A DNA stretch of 64,000 nt from a virus (Duplodnaviria; Caudoviricetes): IMG/VR virus record IMGVR_UViG_3300035182_001152. One strand, written 5' to 3'. The notes under the pieces were generated by a model. The model had not been told where the DNA came from. It saw nothing but the letters and a program-made list of their open reading frames with translations, and made no database searches. Both the position numbers and the translations under genes were made by a program. The stretch's first letter is position 1; the number at the start of each line of letters is the position of its first letter. Positions 46,699 through 56,448 of this stretch are shown here, one piece after another.

Positions 46699-47595
46699 AT
46701 GAAATACATCCTTGTTCGCCAAGGAGGTAATCGTGCTTCTGCCTTCTCAGACATCGTTGAGCAGGTCAATTATCAAGACGTACCCCAGGTTGGCTTCTAC
46801 ACGCAAGTAGCACCGAGTATGCGGTTAATTCGTAACCGCACTACCGACAATCACGATTCCCCCTTTGCGATTGCCCGATTCCACGTCGACCCAGCACTGA
46901 AGGTCCAGCCTCCGTCACACTTTCGTCGAATTGACATGAGGGCTGTCGAACGGATGATGACAAACCACAAGTACGTGATATACGGTGTCGTCAATCCAAC
47001 TCACCACGTAATTGATCACACAGTCCTTGACGGTGCTGTGTACGTCGCGCGGGATGCTGACGGTAAGTTGATCAATGCCCAAACAGGAGATGTCCTTGGT
47101 GACTCCAAGGTAACGTTTATGACGGTGTTCTTTGCGTTTGTGCGCGTCAAGGGGTTGCCGATCTATCTGATGGTACTCAATCCAAATCTACTCAGTGCGA
47201 CGGATGGGTTTGATTGTTATCACGAAGAAACGGACACCAAGTGGATCATGTTGCCGGAACGTGACAACGCGCTGATCGAGCGAGTGTTTACGCCGCAAAT
47301 ATATGACGGCACGTTGATTGGTAATGTGATTGTGCGCGATGAGGGTGATGGACAGCCGATGATCCAACTGTTCAACGATCCATGCGGCATCCTGTACGAC
47401 GAAAAGCACCTTCGCTCTGATGTGTTCATTAACGGTGTCGCAACGATTGATACCAATCTAAGCGTGTTTACAATGGACGGCGCTGTCCGCATTAGCAGTC
47501 AAGGCCGTGGGTACGTTCGAATTGTATTTGACCTTGGTGACTACTTCAATCTGTCACGGACCGAACACCCTGCACTGGAGTACGTCGTACTATGA
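46699..47595 (+). CDS. Hypothetical protein in radical SAM operon
   Basis: 298 aa; GAGG SD; stop overlaps next ATG. Confidence 0.75.
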   Translation: MKYILVRQGGNRASAFSDIVEQVNYQDVPQVGFYTQVAPSMRLIRNRTTDNHDSPFAIARFHVDPALKVQPPSHFRRIDMRAVERMMTNHKYVIYGVVNPTHHVIDHTVLDGAVYVARDADGKLINAQTGDVLGDSKVTFMTVFFAFVRVKGLPIYLMVLNPNLLSATDGFDCYHEETDTKWIMLPERDNALIERVFTPQIYDGTLIGNVIVRDEGDGQPMIQLFNDPCGILYDEKHLRSDVFINGVATIDTNLSVFTMDGAVRISSQGRGYVRIVFDLGDYFNLSRTEHPALEYVVL

Positions 47596-49262
47596 GCACA
47601 GCTGTCATTAAGTTCTACCCAAAGCGAACACTAACGCAAGCCCAACAGCAACGGATTGTTGATCACCAACCTTCCGTGCGAATCAATGACGACGGCACAT
47701 TTGATACGTCTGTCCGCACAATCATCACCCCAAAAGGCGATGTCAAGGAGGTGTCGTATAAGACGATTCGTCCAGGTGTGCACGAGCGAATGATGAAGAC
47801 AGCTGACGTATATGACTTGTTTGAAGACCTTCAACACATGAACCTGATTGTCACAAACGCGTGTAACCTCAGTTGTTCCTACTGCTACGAGCAGCATAAC
47901 AAAGATTACGGTCGATTCACAAACGAAAGCCTAAAACAGCTATACAACTTCCTCGTCGCGTGCAACCCAAACAGCGGCAAGCTGTTTCAGTTCTTTGGTG
48001 GCGAACCCCTGATCCACAAGCAGTTGATTCTCGATTTTATCGCCAAATATCGTGACGAACTGCAGGCAAACAGTAAGACAACTGCCGTTAGCATTATCAC
48101 CAACGGTATTCTGTTAACGCCAGAATTCATCAACGAGTACTTTGCGAATGACTTCGTTTGTATGAGCGTTAGCCTCGATACGGATGATGCTGAGATTGAT
48201 CACCGTGAGATTGGCCAGGCTCGGATCGACAAAATCATCAACATGATTGGTCTAATCCCCTCGTACCACAAAGACAATCATATGGTTAGCGTCCGTTGCA
48301 CGATCGCAATGGAGAATGCTCCGCGGCTAGTTGAGTTCGCCAAACGCTTGTATGACAAGGGTCTTCGAGCAATGGTAATTCATCCGCTGACGATGAGTTC
48401 CGTTAACGGCCACATGATATGGAATACTGAAGATTGGAACAACCTCCACACTAGCGTTAGCCACATCATCAAGACGCTGCCTAACTTCGAGGTTCAATTC
48501 TCAGAGGGTGTCGGTGCCAAGGGCGGCAACAACTGCATGGTTGGTTCTGACATGATCGCTGTTGACGCGTCGGGTGATTACTCCGGTTGCCATTTCTTCA
48601 CAAACCAGAAGGAGGCGGCCGCTCATACGATCCTTGGTAACTTGCTGCTGGACCAAGTGTACGTTGACCGGTACATGAAGTTCCAAGAAACGTACGACCA
48701 GATGTTCACATCGGAGCCACAATGTCAAGCCTGCGATCTCAAGGGTTTCTGCTACCAATGCCCTGCAGGCAATTCTGATTCTGGTCGTGGCCAGCTGTTC
48801 CGGCCAGACGATATGTGCCAGAGCATTGTACGTCTGTTCCTCGAACTGCAGAATGACATCGTGCGCAAGACATTCAACGCTAAGCTACAGGAGCTGATTG
48901 GTTCTGTACAGCAGTACGGTGAACACTATGTGTTCAGTAAGGCAATTGTACACCTCCACCACTTCTACAAGAATGGTCAGCATGCCACTGACGTTCAAGT
49001 TGATCCCAACCTCCCATACGAATACCTCGCCGCCGGTTTTATGGCAACAATTACCGGTGGCGACGCTAGCGTTCCGGTTGACATCAAGAGTTTGTATGAG
49101 GCGTTGATGCGCAGTAAGGGCAAACCAGTTAACGCGAGTATGGCACAGGGTACAGCTGATGACATCAACAAGCGTATCTTCTACCTAGCCCTACTACACA
49201 TGGTTGTGCTGAACAAGAAGGGTGATGACTTGTCAAAACCGCACAAAATCATTAAGCTGTAA
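47592..49262 (+). CDS. Radical SAM/SPASM maturase 1
   Basis: CNLSCSYC, FFGGEP, ITNG, NNC...GDYSGCH, CQACDLKGFCYQC...C. Confidence 0.93.
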   Translation: MSTAVIKFYPKRTLTQAQQQRIVDHQPSVRINDDGTFDTSVRTIITPKGDVKEVSYKTIRPGVHERMMKTADVYDLFEDLQHMNLIVTNACNLSCSYCYEQHNKDYGRFTNESLKQLYNFLVACNPNSGKLFQFFGGEPLIHKQLILDFIAKYRDELQANSKTTAVSIITNGILLTPEFINEYFANDFVCMSVSLDTDDAEIDHREIGQARIDKIINMIGLIPSYHKDNHMVSVRCTIAMENAPRLVEFAKRLYDKGLRAMVIHPLTMSSVNGHMIWNTEDWNNLHTSVSHIIKTLPNFEVQFSEGVGAKGGNNCMVGSDMIAVDASGDYSGCHFFTNQKEAAAHTILGNLLLDQVYVDRYMKFQETYDQMFTSEPQCQACDLKGFCYQCPAGNSDSGRGQLFRPDDMCQSIVRLFLELQNDIVRKTFNAKLQELIGSVQQYGEHYVFSKAIVHLHHFYKNGQHATDVQVDPNLPYEYLAAGFMATITGGDASVPVDIKSLYEALMRSKGKPVNASMAQGTADDINKRIFYLALLHMVVLNKKGDDLSKPHKIIKL

Positions 49263-50050
49263 TGATGAAAACAACACACATTGCATTTTACCAAGACGCT
49301 CTGTACGACTGTCCTCTTCTCCGTGGTCAGGTGCTAACCGATATCGACGACCTGCGACTGTTCATGGAATATCACGCATTCGCAGTGTGGGATTTCATGT
49401 CGCTGATCAAATCGCTCCAGAACCATATTGTACCGTCGGGCAATGTGTGGCTTCCGTCACCCGAATCGACAGCTGTTGGTCGATTGATCAACGAAATTGT
49501 CCTGTGCGAGGAAACAGACGACAACCTCGGCGGTGGTCATATTAGCCACTTCGATCTGTACATCACTGCGATGAATGAAGTTGGCGCCAACACAAAGCCG
49601 ATCCTGTCATTCATCAACAAACTGCGAACCAATCGCAAGCTCAGCTTAAACCAGTTGCTGCTAGAACTCCCTCTGCCAGCACGGAAGTTCTGTGAGAGTA
49701 CTTTTGCAGTAATTGCTACCGATCAACCCCATAAGATTGCCGGGGCGTTCGCCTTTGGTCGCGAACGGGTAATCCCGTCAATGTTCACGCAGATCCTCTC
49801 TCAGATGGAGGCCACTGGAATCCAAGCACCAAAGTTCAAGTACTACCTTGAGCGTCACATTGACGTTGACGGGAACGCACACGGCCCAGCTGCGCTTGAT
49901 ATGGTTGATTATCTGTGTGGGGATGACCCAGTCAAGCACCTGGAAGCGGAACGAGCTGCATTGGATGCAATCCACGCTCGGATCACGCTATGGAAGGACG
50001 TACAGCGAGTGATTGAAGACGTCAAGCGTGTCAAGTTTGGAGCAGCATGA
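49262..50050 (+). CDS. DUF3050-like heme-oxygenase-fold diiron oxidase (HDO)
   Basis: FMEYHAFAVWDFMSL, INEIVLCEETD, SHFDLY, FAFGRE..IP, YYLERHIDVDGNAHG. Confidence 0.82.
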   Translation: MMKTTHIAFYQDALYDCPLLRGQVLTDIDDLRLFMEYHAFAVWDFMSLIKSLQNHIVPSGNVWLPSPESTAVGRLINEIVLCEETDDNLGGGHISHFDLYITAMNEVGANTKPILSFINKLRTNRKLSLNQLLLELPLPARKFCESTFAVIATDQPHKIAGAFAFGRERVIPSMFTQILSQMEATGIQAPKFKYYLERHIDVDGNAHGPAALDMVDYLCGDDPVKHLEAERAALDAIHARITLWKDVQRVIEDVKRVKFGAA

Positions 50051-51120
50051 CGACACCAACACTCTCCGGATGCAAGAATATCAGCATCTACCTCGGCAAT
50101 GTTTGCAACTTCAATTGCACATATTGTGACAGAGACTACATCAAGGAGTCGATCGGTGGTCAACATATGACCACCGAGGATATTCCAAAGATCGTTGAGT
50201 TCCTCCAAGCTTCTGGTATAGCTGACAACCCCCCGGAAATGTTTAGCTTCCATGGTGGTGAGCCGTTCACATACGTCAAGATCATGGACAAAATCATGGA
50301 CGCAGTAACGTCAGCTGTCCCTGGCGACTATCCGCTATACATTCAAACGAATGGTAGCCAGATGCTTCAGCATCGATGGTTCTTTGAGAAGTGGGGTAGT
50401 CGCCTTGAGATTAGCATCAGCTACGACTTCTTGTACCAAGACATTAACCGCACCCTGTTTGAGATCAACCCTACGCTGGAAATGTTGAACCAGAACGGTG
50501 TTCGTGGAATCCAGTTCCAATACGTGATGCCAATCTCTAATCCGAAGGTGTTTAGCCTATCAGCATTGAAGGCGATCACTAACTTGTGCCACAAGAACGG
50601 TGTCAAACGGGTTAACCTAATCCCACTGCGGCACATTCGGGGCAAAGACAAGTTCAAGGTGATCCTTGACGACCTTGATATTCCACAGTTCTTCGATGCG
50701 TTCATCAAGTTCATCCACATGCTGTATGTGATGAACATTGACGTTACAGTTGATGGTCACGGTGTTGGATTTGACAAGCACTATTTCTACAACCATAAGT
50801 TAATGGTGTTGTCACCAGATGGTAACATCTATCCCGAATACGACTTCCTCGAATACAAGCGCGAAGAGACGATCATCGGTCAGTGGCGAGAGCAGCAAGT
50901 TATCGAGCGTGTCCGTGATAATGAAGATGACATGCTGCAACCGAAGTGTGTTACGTGCCCATCCCGCCCACTGTGTGGGCTAAAGTACTTACATGGGATG
51001 TTTGGTACTGACCCAGCAACGGATAAGTGTGCGCAGTTCTATCAGATGCTGATGGTTACGATCCAGCACGCACAAAAACTAAAACAACAACCAAGCTTCT
51101 TGCATTGGGTCGGAATATGA
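50047..51120 (+). CDS. Radical SAM protein 2 with partial SPASM domain
   Basis: CNFNCTYC, FHGGEP, QTNG; DGNIYPE (Cys replaced); CVTCPSRPLC...C. Confidence 0.9.
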   Translation: MTTPTLSGCKNISIYLGNVCNFNCTYCDRDYIKESIGGQHMTTEDIPKIVEFLQASGIADNPPEMFSFHGGEPFTYVKIMDKIMDAVTSAVPGDYPLYIQTNGSQMLQHRWFFEKWGSRLEISISYDFLYQDINRTLFEINPTLEMLNQNGVRGIQFQYVMPISNPKVFSLSALKAITNLCHKNGVKRVNLIPLRHIRGKDKFKVILDDLDIPQFFDAFIKFIHMLYVMNIDVTVDGHGVGFDKHYFYNHKLMVLSPDGNIYPEYDFLEYKREETIIGQWREQQVIERVRDNEDDMLQPKCVTCPSRPLCGLKYLHGMFGTDPATDKCAQFYQMLMVTIQHAQKLKQQPSFLHWVGI

Positions 51121-52301
51121 CAACAGAACAACGGCACTTCACACCCAGTGTACAGAACGTAACGAACTTCAAGGAATACTTCCTACAGTACGACGGGTTG
51201 AATCACGTCAGCCAAGAGCTTGGCTTTTCCCTGTTTAAGCGGTACACGTGTAAAGCAGGATGCAAGATGTGTTACTTGCAGAACGACTGGATCGCTGACG
51301 AAGACTTCGGTATCTTCATTCCAAAGGAAATTGACGATCACACTGAAGCTCGCCTTTTGTCATTCTTTGAAGCGTTTTCTGACGTCGGCACGTATGATGA
51401 TTTGGCATATTTGAAACGAGCGCACCCACACCTGTATGAGTTCTACAAGAAGCACAGCCACCGCCTCGTTAATACATCAATGTCAGACACCGCTTTCATT
51501 CAGCAGTACCCACTGCTGATGAATGAGCTCAACTTCAAGGGAATCTACGAGATTACGTTTAGTGATGTGTTCCTAAACAAAAAGAGTGGTGGCTTAGCGC
51601 ATGATATAGTCAATATGCTGAAGCCTCTCCACGCAAAGATGCCCCTGCTAAAGATCAAGGTTGTACGAATCACACAGGAAGGTGAGAAGTCTGATGCCGT
51701 CAAGAAGGTCGTCGACTATGCACACAGTATTGGCATAGCAGTTGGCCTGCAAGACGATATCGTCAAGGGCGACAACAACAAGTTGAGCCTTGATGTTGCT
51801 GACTACCAAGAGCTGAATTATTTCGCTCAAGGGTCTGAGCCGATGCAGGTCCTATCAGAGATTACCTACCTGCAATACACGTCGTCGTTTATGACCCTGA
51901 CCGACACAGTATCGCCAACAAGTGTTCCATTCTTTGATGTATTGTCAACGGACGACATCAGCGTATTCCTGTACAACTCCTTAGATGCTAAGTTAAAGAC
52001 GTACACCCGATACACCAAGGAAATGGATAACACATGCGGCAACAAGCTGTTCGACTACTTTGCGTACGTATCAACGTCGGTTGTGCTACATCCAAAGTTT
52101 AACTTCATCCCCCGGATGTCGCTGAAGCCGTGGACGGCAATGTACCATAAGCTGATAGCTCAGGGTTGGACGGAGACCAAGCTTGGTCTGTATCGACCGA
52201 ACGGTGAGCCAGTGACACCAATCTTTACGATCAGCACAAAGCCAAAGCAGAAAATCTATCACATCCCAATCAAGTGCACTCCTGTAGGAGCAACTGTATG
52301 A
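51117..52301 (+). CDS. Divergent radical SAM-like protein 3
   Basis: CKAGCKMC (CxxxCxxC) near N-terminus; no GGEP or SPASM seen; ATG 51117 overlaps previous TGA. Confidence 0.65.
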   Translation: MTTEQRHFTPSVQNVTNFKEYFLQYDGLNHVSQELGFSLFKRYTCKAGCKMCYLQNDWIADEDFGIFIPKEIDDHTEARLLSFFEAFSDVGTYDDLAYLKRAHPHLYEFYKKHSHRLVNTSMSDTAFIQQYPLLMNELNFKGIYEITFSDVFLNKKSGGLAHDIVNMLKPLHAKMPLLKIKVVRITQEGEKSDAVKKVVDYAHSIGIAVGLQDDIVKGDNNKLSLDVADYQELNYFAQGSEPMQVLSEITYLQYTSSFMTLTDTVSPTSVPFFDVLSTDDISVFLYNSLDAKLKTYTRYTKEMDNTCGNKLFDYFAYVSTSVVLHPKFNFIPRMSLKPWTAMYHKLIAQGWTETKLGLYRPNGEPVTPIFTISTKPKQKIYHIPIKCTPVGATV

Positions 52302-53584
52302 GTCTGACCAAATTTGAGATCGTTCGCACAGGCGAACATTTCTACTACAACAACGAGAACAACGGCTTGCTGGACGCCAACGGTAACAGCCTTAGCCGTG
52401 CTTTTGTACCCCCAGCTGATTGGAATCAGCTGGAAGACCGATTCGGTCGCACAGATGTTGTCAAGAACCCCGAAACAATCAAGATCACCCTGGGGCACGG
52501 TTGCAATTACAGTTGTGGCTACTGCATGCAAAAGGACATTGGCAATCCCGACGAGCGACCGGTCAATGGTCTAACACCAATGCTGATCAGCAAGATCCGC
52601 CGCCACCTGGATCTGTCTGAGACGACACGGATTGAACTGTGGGGCGGTGAAACGCTACTGTATTGGAAAGACATGATGCCGATCATGGAAGAATTTGATC
52701 GTGAGGGAGTTACTTGGTACATCCCAACCAATGGTACTCCCCTGATGCACAAGCACATTGACTTCTTCATGAGGTTGAAGGGCAGGGTTGCAATGGGGAT
52801 CTCTCATGATGGGCCTGCGCATGAGATTACGCGAGGCAAGGAGTTCCTGCACAAGAAGGTTGACGTGTTCAAGCGGATCGAAACGGAGTGTGGTGAGCAG
52901 GTACAGTACAGCTTCAACCCCGTTATCAGTCGTACAAATTACGATCTGTTCGAGATCAACGACTTCTTTGTTCGATTCTTTGACGAGCACAGCTTGAAGT
53001 ACAAACAGCTGAGTTTCGAACTCGGGCGCGTGTACGACGAGACGATGGCAAAGAACTCAACGCACCACGTGATCAATGGTGAGCATATCCCAGCGTATAG
53101 GGACGTTCTGACGCGATACATGGATGCTCATATTGAGCAATTCCAACGGCTTGGTGGGGTTACACAAGCTCCCCTACTGGCGAACAATCTGTTCCATACA
53201 GGCATGGGCGTTCTCCCGTATGTGCGTTCGCTGCAGGAGCAAAAGGTTCCCTTGTTGAAGACGAACTGCGGGGTGGACGACAGTCGGTTGATGAGCATGG
53301 ACACGATGGGCAACGTCCGCACCTGCCAAAACACCGACGAATCGTACAATGGCGGCAACTTGATGTACATCAAGGGCATTCGAATCCAACGTGTTGATCT
53401 CAATCGTGATGCACACTGTGGGTCATGTGAAGTCCGTCGTCTCTGCAAGAGCTCATGCCCACTTGACCTCGGATCGGCAACGTTCCAAACCAATTGTGCT
53501 GTTGAGAAGACGCACTACCGGGCGATCCAGTTGGCTGCATTCAAGTTGTTGTTTGACAGTGAGATTCGCATGATTGGCCAGTGA
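52298..53584 (+). CDS. Radical SAM/SPASM maturase 4
   Basis: CNYSCGYC, LWGGET, PTNG, TNCG...GNVRTC, CGSCEVRRLCKSSCP...C; ATG 52298. Confidence 0.92.
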   Translation: MSLTKFEIVRTGEHFYYNNENNGLLDANGNSLSRAFVPPADWNQLEDRFGRTDVVKNPETIKITLGHGCNYSCGYCMQKDIGNPDERPVNGLTPMLISKIRRHLDLSETTRIELWGGETLLYWKDMMPIMEEFDREGVTWYIPTNGTPLMHKHIDFFMRLKGRVAMGISHDGPAHEITRGKEFLHKKVDVFKRIETECGEQVQYSFNPVISRTNYDLFEINDFFVRFFDEHSLKYKQLSFELGRVYDETMAKNSTHHVINGEHIPAYRDVLTRYMDAHIEQFQRLGGVTQAPLLANNLFHTGMGVLPYVRSLQEQKVPLLKTNCGVDDSRLMSMDTMGNVRTCQNTDESYNGGNLMYIKGIRIQRVDLNRDAHCGSCEVRRLCKSSCPLDLGSATFQTNCAVEKTHYRAIQLAAFKLLFDSEIRMIGQ

Positions 53585-53613
53585 TGTCTGACGGAGAGCG
53601 GATGTGCAAACCC

Positions 53614-53620
53614 ATAAATA
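53614..53620 (+). promoter_or_regulatory. Late promoter (ATAAATA)
   Basis: CCCATAAATA upstream of 53654. Confidence 0.7.
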
Positions 53621-53653
53621 CTCACACATCCATCTCACGGAGTTAGGCATACA

Positions 53654-55465
53654 ATGACCAATTACGTATTCAAGCACAGCGACCCTGCAGCAGGTTCGTT
53701 TCTAGTTCAAGCAGACCAGATCGACGGTACGTCGCGTCCTGGTAATGCGGCATTGTACATCAACCCCGTCTCAGGCCTCTCTGCAATCTCAGCCAATTCC
53801 TCTCTCGTCTTCGCTGGACAGGGAATTGTTGACTACGGCGAACTAGTGCAGAACAATCTGATCTACTTGATGGAGCACTTTGCCTATGCAACACGCCCTC
53901 TAAAGCCTGTACAGGGTCAGATTTGGTACAAAAACGCAGCAGGTGTAGACCCGTCCTTCCCGAGCGACCCATCTTCGGTCGGTCTTTATCTGTGGACAGG
54001 ATCACTCTGGACGCCGATCATTACTGGTGCAGGCGGCGTACTTGACATGGGCGGCGCTCGTGTAGCTAACGTTGGAGATGCAATATCCGCCGGTGACGCA
54101 GTTAGCCGTGGCTACGCAGATGCACGCTACTTGCAGCTGTCTGGCGGCACAATGACCGGTGCAGTTATGGTTGCATCAGGCAACTGGACATTTAATTCCG
54201 GCGTTTCTCTGTCAGTGACAAACGCTCCGACAACCAGTTTGCATGTTGCCAATAAGGCATACGTAGACGCTGCTTCTGCCACGTCTGCCGGCCTAGTTTC
54301 TACTGAAGCTACTACCCGCGCAGCAGCTGATAGCGCACTTTCGTCCAGCATCTCTACGATCAACTCACAACTGCCAAACTTTGTTCAAGTTACTGGCGAT
54401 ACGATGACAGGCACACTGTCGATCGACTCTGGCGGTGGTATCGTTGCCCTCAACGGTTCCGGCACTATTAGTTTTGGCTCTCGTCGCTTGCAGCTCGTCG
54501 GAGACCCTATTCTAAACACTGACGCGGCAAACCGAATCTACGTTGATACAGCGATCGCTACGGCAATTGCGGGCGTTGGCGCTGGATCTAGTGATGGTGT
54601 AGTTGTTAGTGGTGACTTGAATTCATCAACTGGCGTGTTGACTCTTCAGCGCAGCATGGGTCTCTCAGACGTGGTTGTAGTCGGCTCGTTCGCTCCATTC
54701 TCACACGCCCACCCTGCGACCGCGGTTACATACGATCTGTCGTACGTGTATCCACAAAGCTACTTGACGACGTCGGAAGTAGGTGACACAGGCTTCCCCA
54801 ATGTCCAACTGCAAGACATTATTCGCACAATTGACCAAAATTTGACGACATTGAACCGTTGCGTTGTTCGCAAATTGGCCGTCGGCGACGGCATAACTAC
54901 TACATATTCCGTAGGCGCTGTTGGTACCTACACTGTGGGAGATAATCGTCTGCAGGTGTTTGTTGATGGTGTCAAACAGTACGCTAGTGAGCACGGGATC
55001 AGCACTGTTGTATTCACAGATACGGGTATTGGATATCGATCAGTAATCCCAGGCGTCACGGGTGCGCCTCTCGTGTTCAACATCGCAGTGGACAGTGGTC
55101 CTCCAACAACTGTTTCAATTCCAACAGGGGCGGGATACACGTACTTGCAGTATTTCATTGACCTGCAGGCTGCTTTTAGTACACTGTCTATCCCTGCACA
55201 AGTTCGTGCGGACCAATTCTTTGACCGCATTGAGTTGTACTTTGTGTCCAACACTTCAGGTGCAGGATCTAGTGTATTAGTATCAAACACAGCAGGCCAA
55301 GCTTTTACTGTGATTACCACAGCGTCTGCGCCTGTTAACACGTCTGTGACAACGTCATACTCCTACAGCGAAGTCGGCAACCCTGGTGCAGATTCAACCT
55401 CCATCACATTCAACGTAGCACCTGATGCGGGTTCTGTTGTTGAATTTCTAACCTTCCCTGCTTAA
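53654..55465 (+). CDS. Fibre-like virion protein (paralog of 43708)
   Basis: SSLVFAGQG..DYGE...LMEHFA...P.QGQIW; DAVSRGYAD, ANKAYVD, AANRIYVD repeats. Confidence 0.8.
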   Translation: MTNYVFKHSDPAAGSFLVQADQIDGTSRPGNAALYINPVSGLSAISANSSLVFAGQGIVDYGELVQNNLIYLMEHFAYATRPLKPVQGQIWYKNAAGVDPSFPSDPSSVGLYLWTGSLWTPIITGAGGVLDMGGARVANVGDAISAGDAVSRGYADARYLQLSGGTMTGAVMVASGNWTFNSGVSLSVTNAPTTSLHVANKAYVDAASATSAGLVSTEATTRAAADSALSSSISTINSQLPNFVQVTGDTMTGTLSIDSGGGIVALNGSGTISFGSRRLQLVGDPILNTDAANRIYVDTAIATAIAGVGAGSSDGVVVSGDLNSSTGVLTLQRSMGLSDVVVVGSFAPFSHAHPATAVTYDLSYVYPQSYLTTSEVGDTGFPNVQLQDIIRTIDQNLTTLNRCVVRKLAVGDGITTTYSVGAVGTYTVGDNRLQVFVDGVKQYASEHGISTVVFTDTGIGYRSVIPGVTGAPLVFNIAVDSGPPTTVSIPTGAGYTYLQYFIDLQAAFSTLSIPAQVRADQFFDRIELYFVSNTSGAGSSVLVSNTAGQAFTVITTASAPVNTSVTTSYSYSEVGNPGADSTSITFNVAPDAGSVVEFLTFPA

Positions 55466-55466
55466 T

Positions 55467-55850
55467 ATGCGACCACAACACCGTCAGATGCTAGACACCA
55501 TTAAGGCTCTCAGCAGTGAAATTATTCCTGATAACATGACGCGGCAAGAAGATCCAAAGGGCGTGATGGAATGCTCTCTGTATGCTGCCTTGTATCAGGG
55601 AATGTACAACGTTCCACTAGAGATGAACAAATTGATTGAATTCTACGACGAAACTGTCGAAGGATTCTACCATACGATCAATCCGTATATCCTGCTCGGC
55701 TGCGCCCTGGAAATCGTTGACAAGGATGTTGCACTGTCAGTACCTGAAGATATGTTCACATTCACTACACGTCTAATGGATATGTTTGGTCCTTCAATCA
55801 CTGTTGATCAGTTTCTCTATGAGGTTAACCACGATGTCAACTACGTATAA
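55467..55850 (+). CDS. Hypothetical protein
   Basis: 127-aa ORF in operon. Confidence 0.65.
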   Translation: MRPQHRQMLDTIKALSSEIIPDNMTRQEDPKGVMECSLYAALYQGMYNVPLEMNKLIEFYDETVEGFYHTINPYILLGCALEIVDKDVALSVPEDMFTFTTRLMDMFGPSITVDQFLYEVNHDVNYV

Positions 55851-56439
55851 GTGGGTTACTTTGCTGGATAAGCCAAATGCTGTCAAAGTTGGCCGCACAA
55901 TGGGCATTTGTATGGGAAACCCAGCAGATCAATCATACATCCACATGCACGCGGATAGGTTAGTTGCACATTGTCTTGAAGATTCAAACGGCGTTGCGAC
56001 TGCTGTATTCTTCCATCACCCTGAATGGGATGCTGTGTCAGCAATTGGTGGAATTCGTGCCGTACCTTTCAACAATGGTGAATTTGCTGTGGAGTTTTGT
56101 CAACGCTTCAACGAGCTTGGTGTAAAGCGAACGCTTAACTCCTCTGCTCGCAGGGCGGGTTACTGCCAAGTCAACGGTTCGTGGACGAATACTCACTTGT
56201 TTTCAGAGGGGATGGTTGTTGATCATCCCCTTAATTTGACCAACTTTACCCGACTTCACTCCCTACCCGACAACATGACCGTCAACGGTGATCTAATCCT
56301 GGCTCGCACGAGTCTGGTATATCTTCCCAAGAATCTGACCGTCAAAGGAACGCTCGATATTCGGTTCAGTCCAATCTGGACGCGTCCCGAGGGTCTCAAC
56401 GTTGAAAAAATTCGTACACACGCCGGAAAAGTGCTGTAA
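55834..56439 (+). CDS. Hypothetical protein with short LRR-like C-terminal repeats
   Basis: LPDNMTVNGDLIL...LPKNLTVKGTLDI; ATG 55834. Confidence 0.6.
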   Translation: MSTTYKWVTLLDKPNAVKVGRTMGICMGNPADQSYIHMHADRLVAHCLEDSNGVATAVFFHHPEWDAVSAIGGIRAVPFNNGEFAVEFCQRFNELGVKRTLNSSARRAGYCQVNGSWTNTHLFSEGMVVDHPLNLTNFTRLHSLPDNMTVNGDLILARTSLVYLPKNLTVKGTLDIRFSPIWTRPEGLNVEKIRTHAGKVL

Positions 56440-56448
56440 AGGAACACC

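Noticed and set aside
47592-53584. Radical SAM genes as QueE/7-deazaguanine, NrdG, MoaA or anaerobic sulfatase activators
   Set aside because: No QueC/QueD/FolE, NrdD, Moa or sulfatase genes nearby; SPASM domains and an adjacent Cys peptide fit peptide maturases better; not fully excluded for genes outside the window
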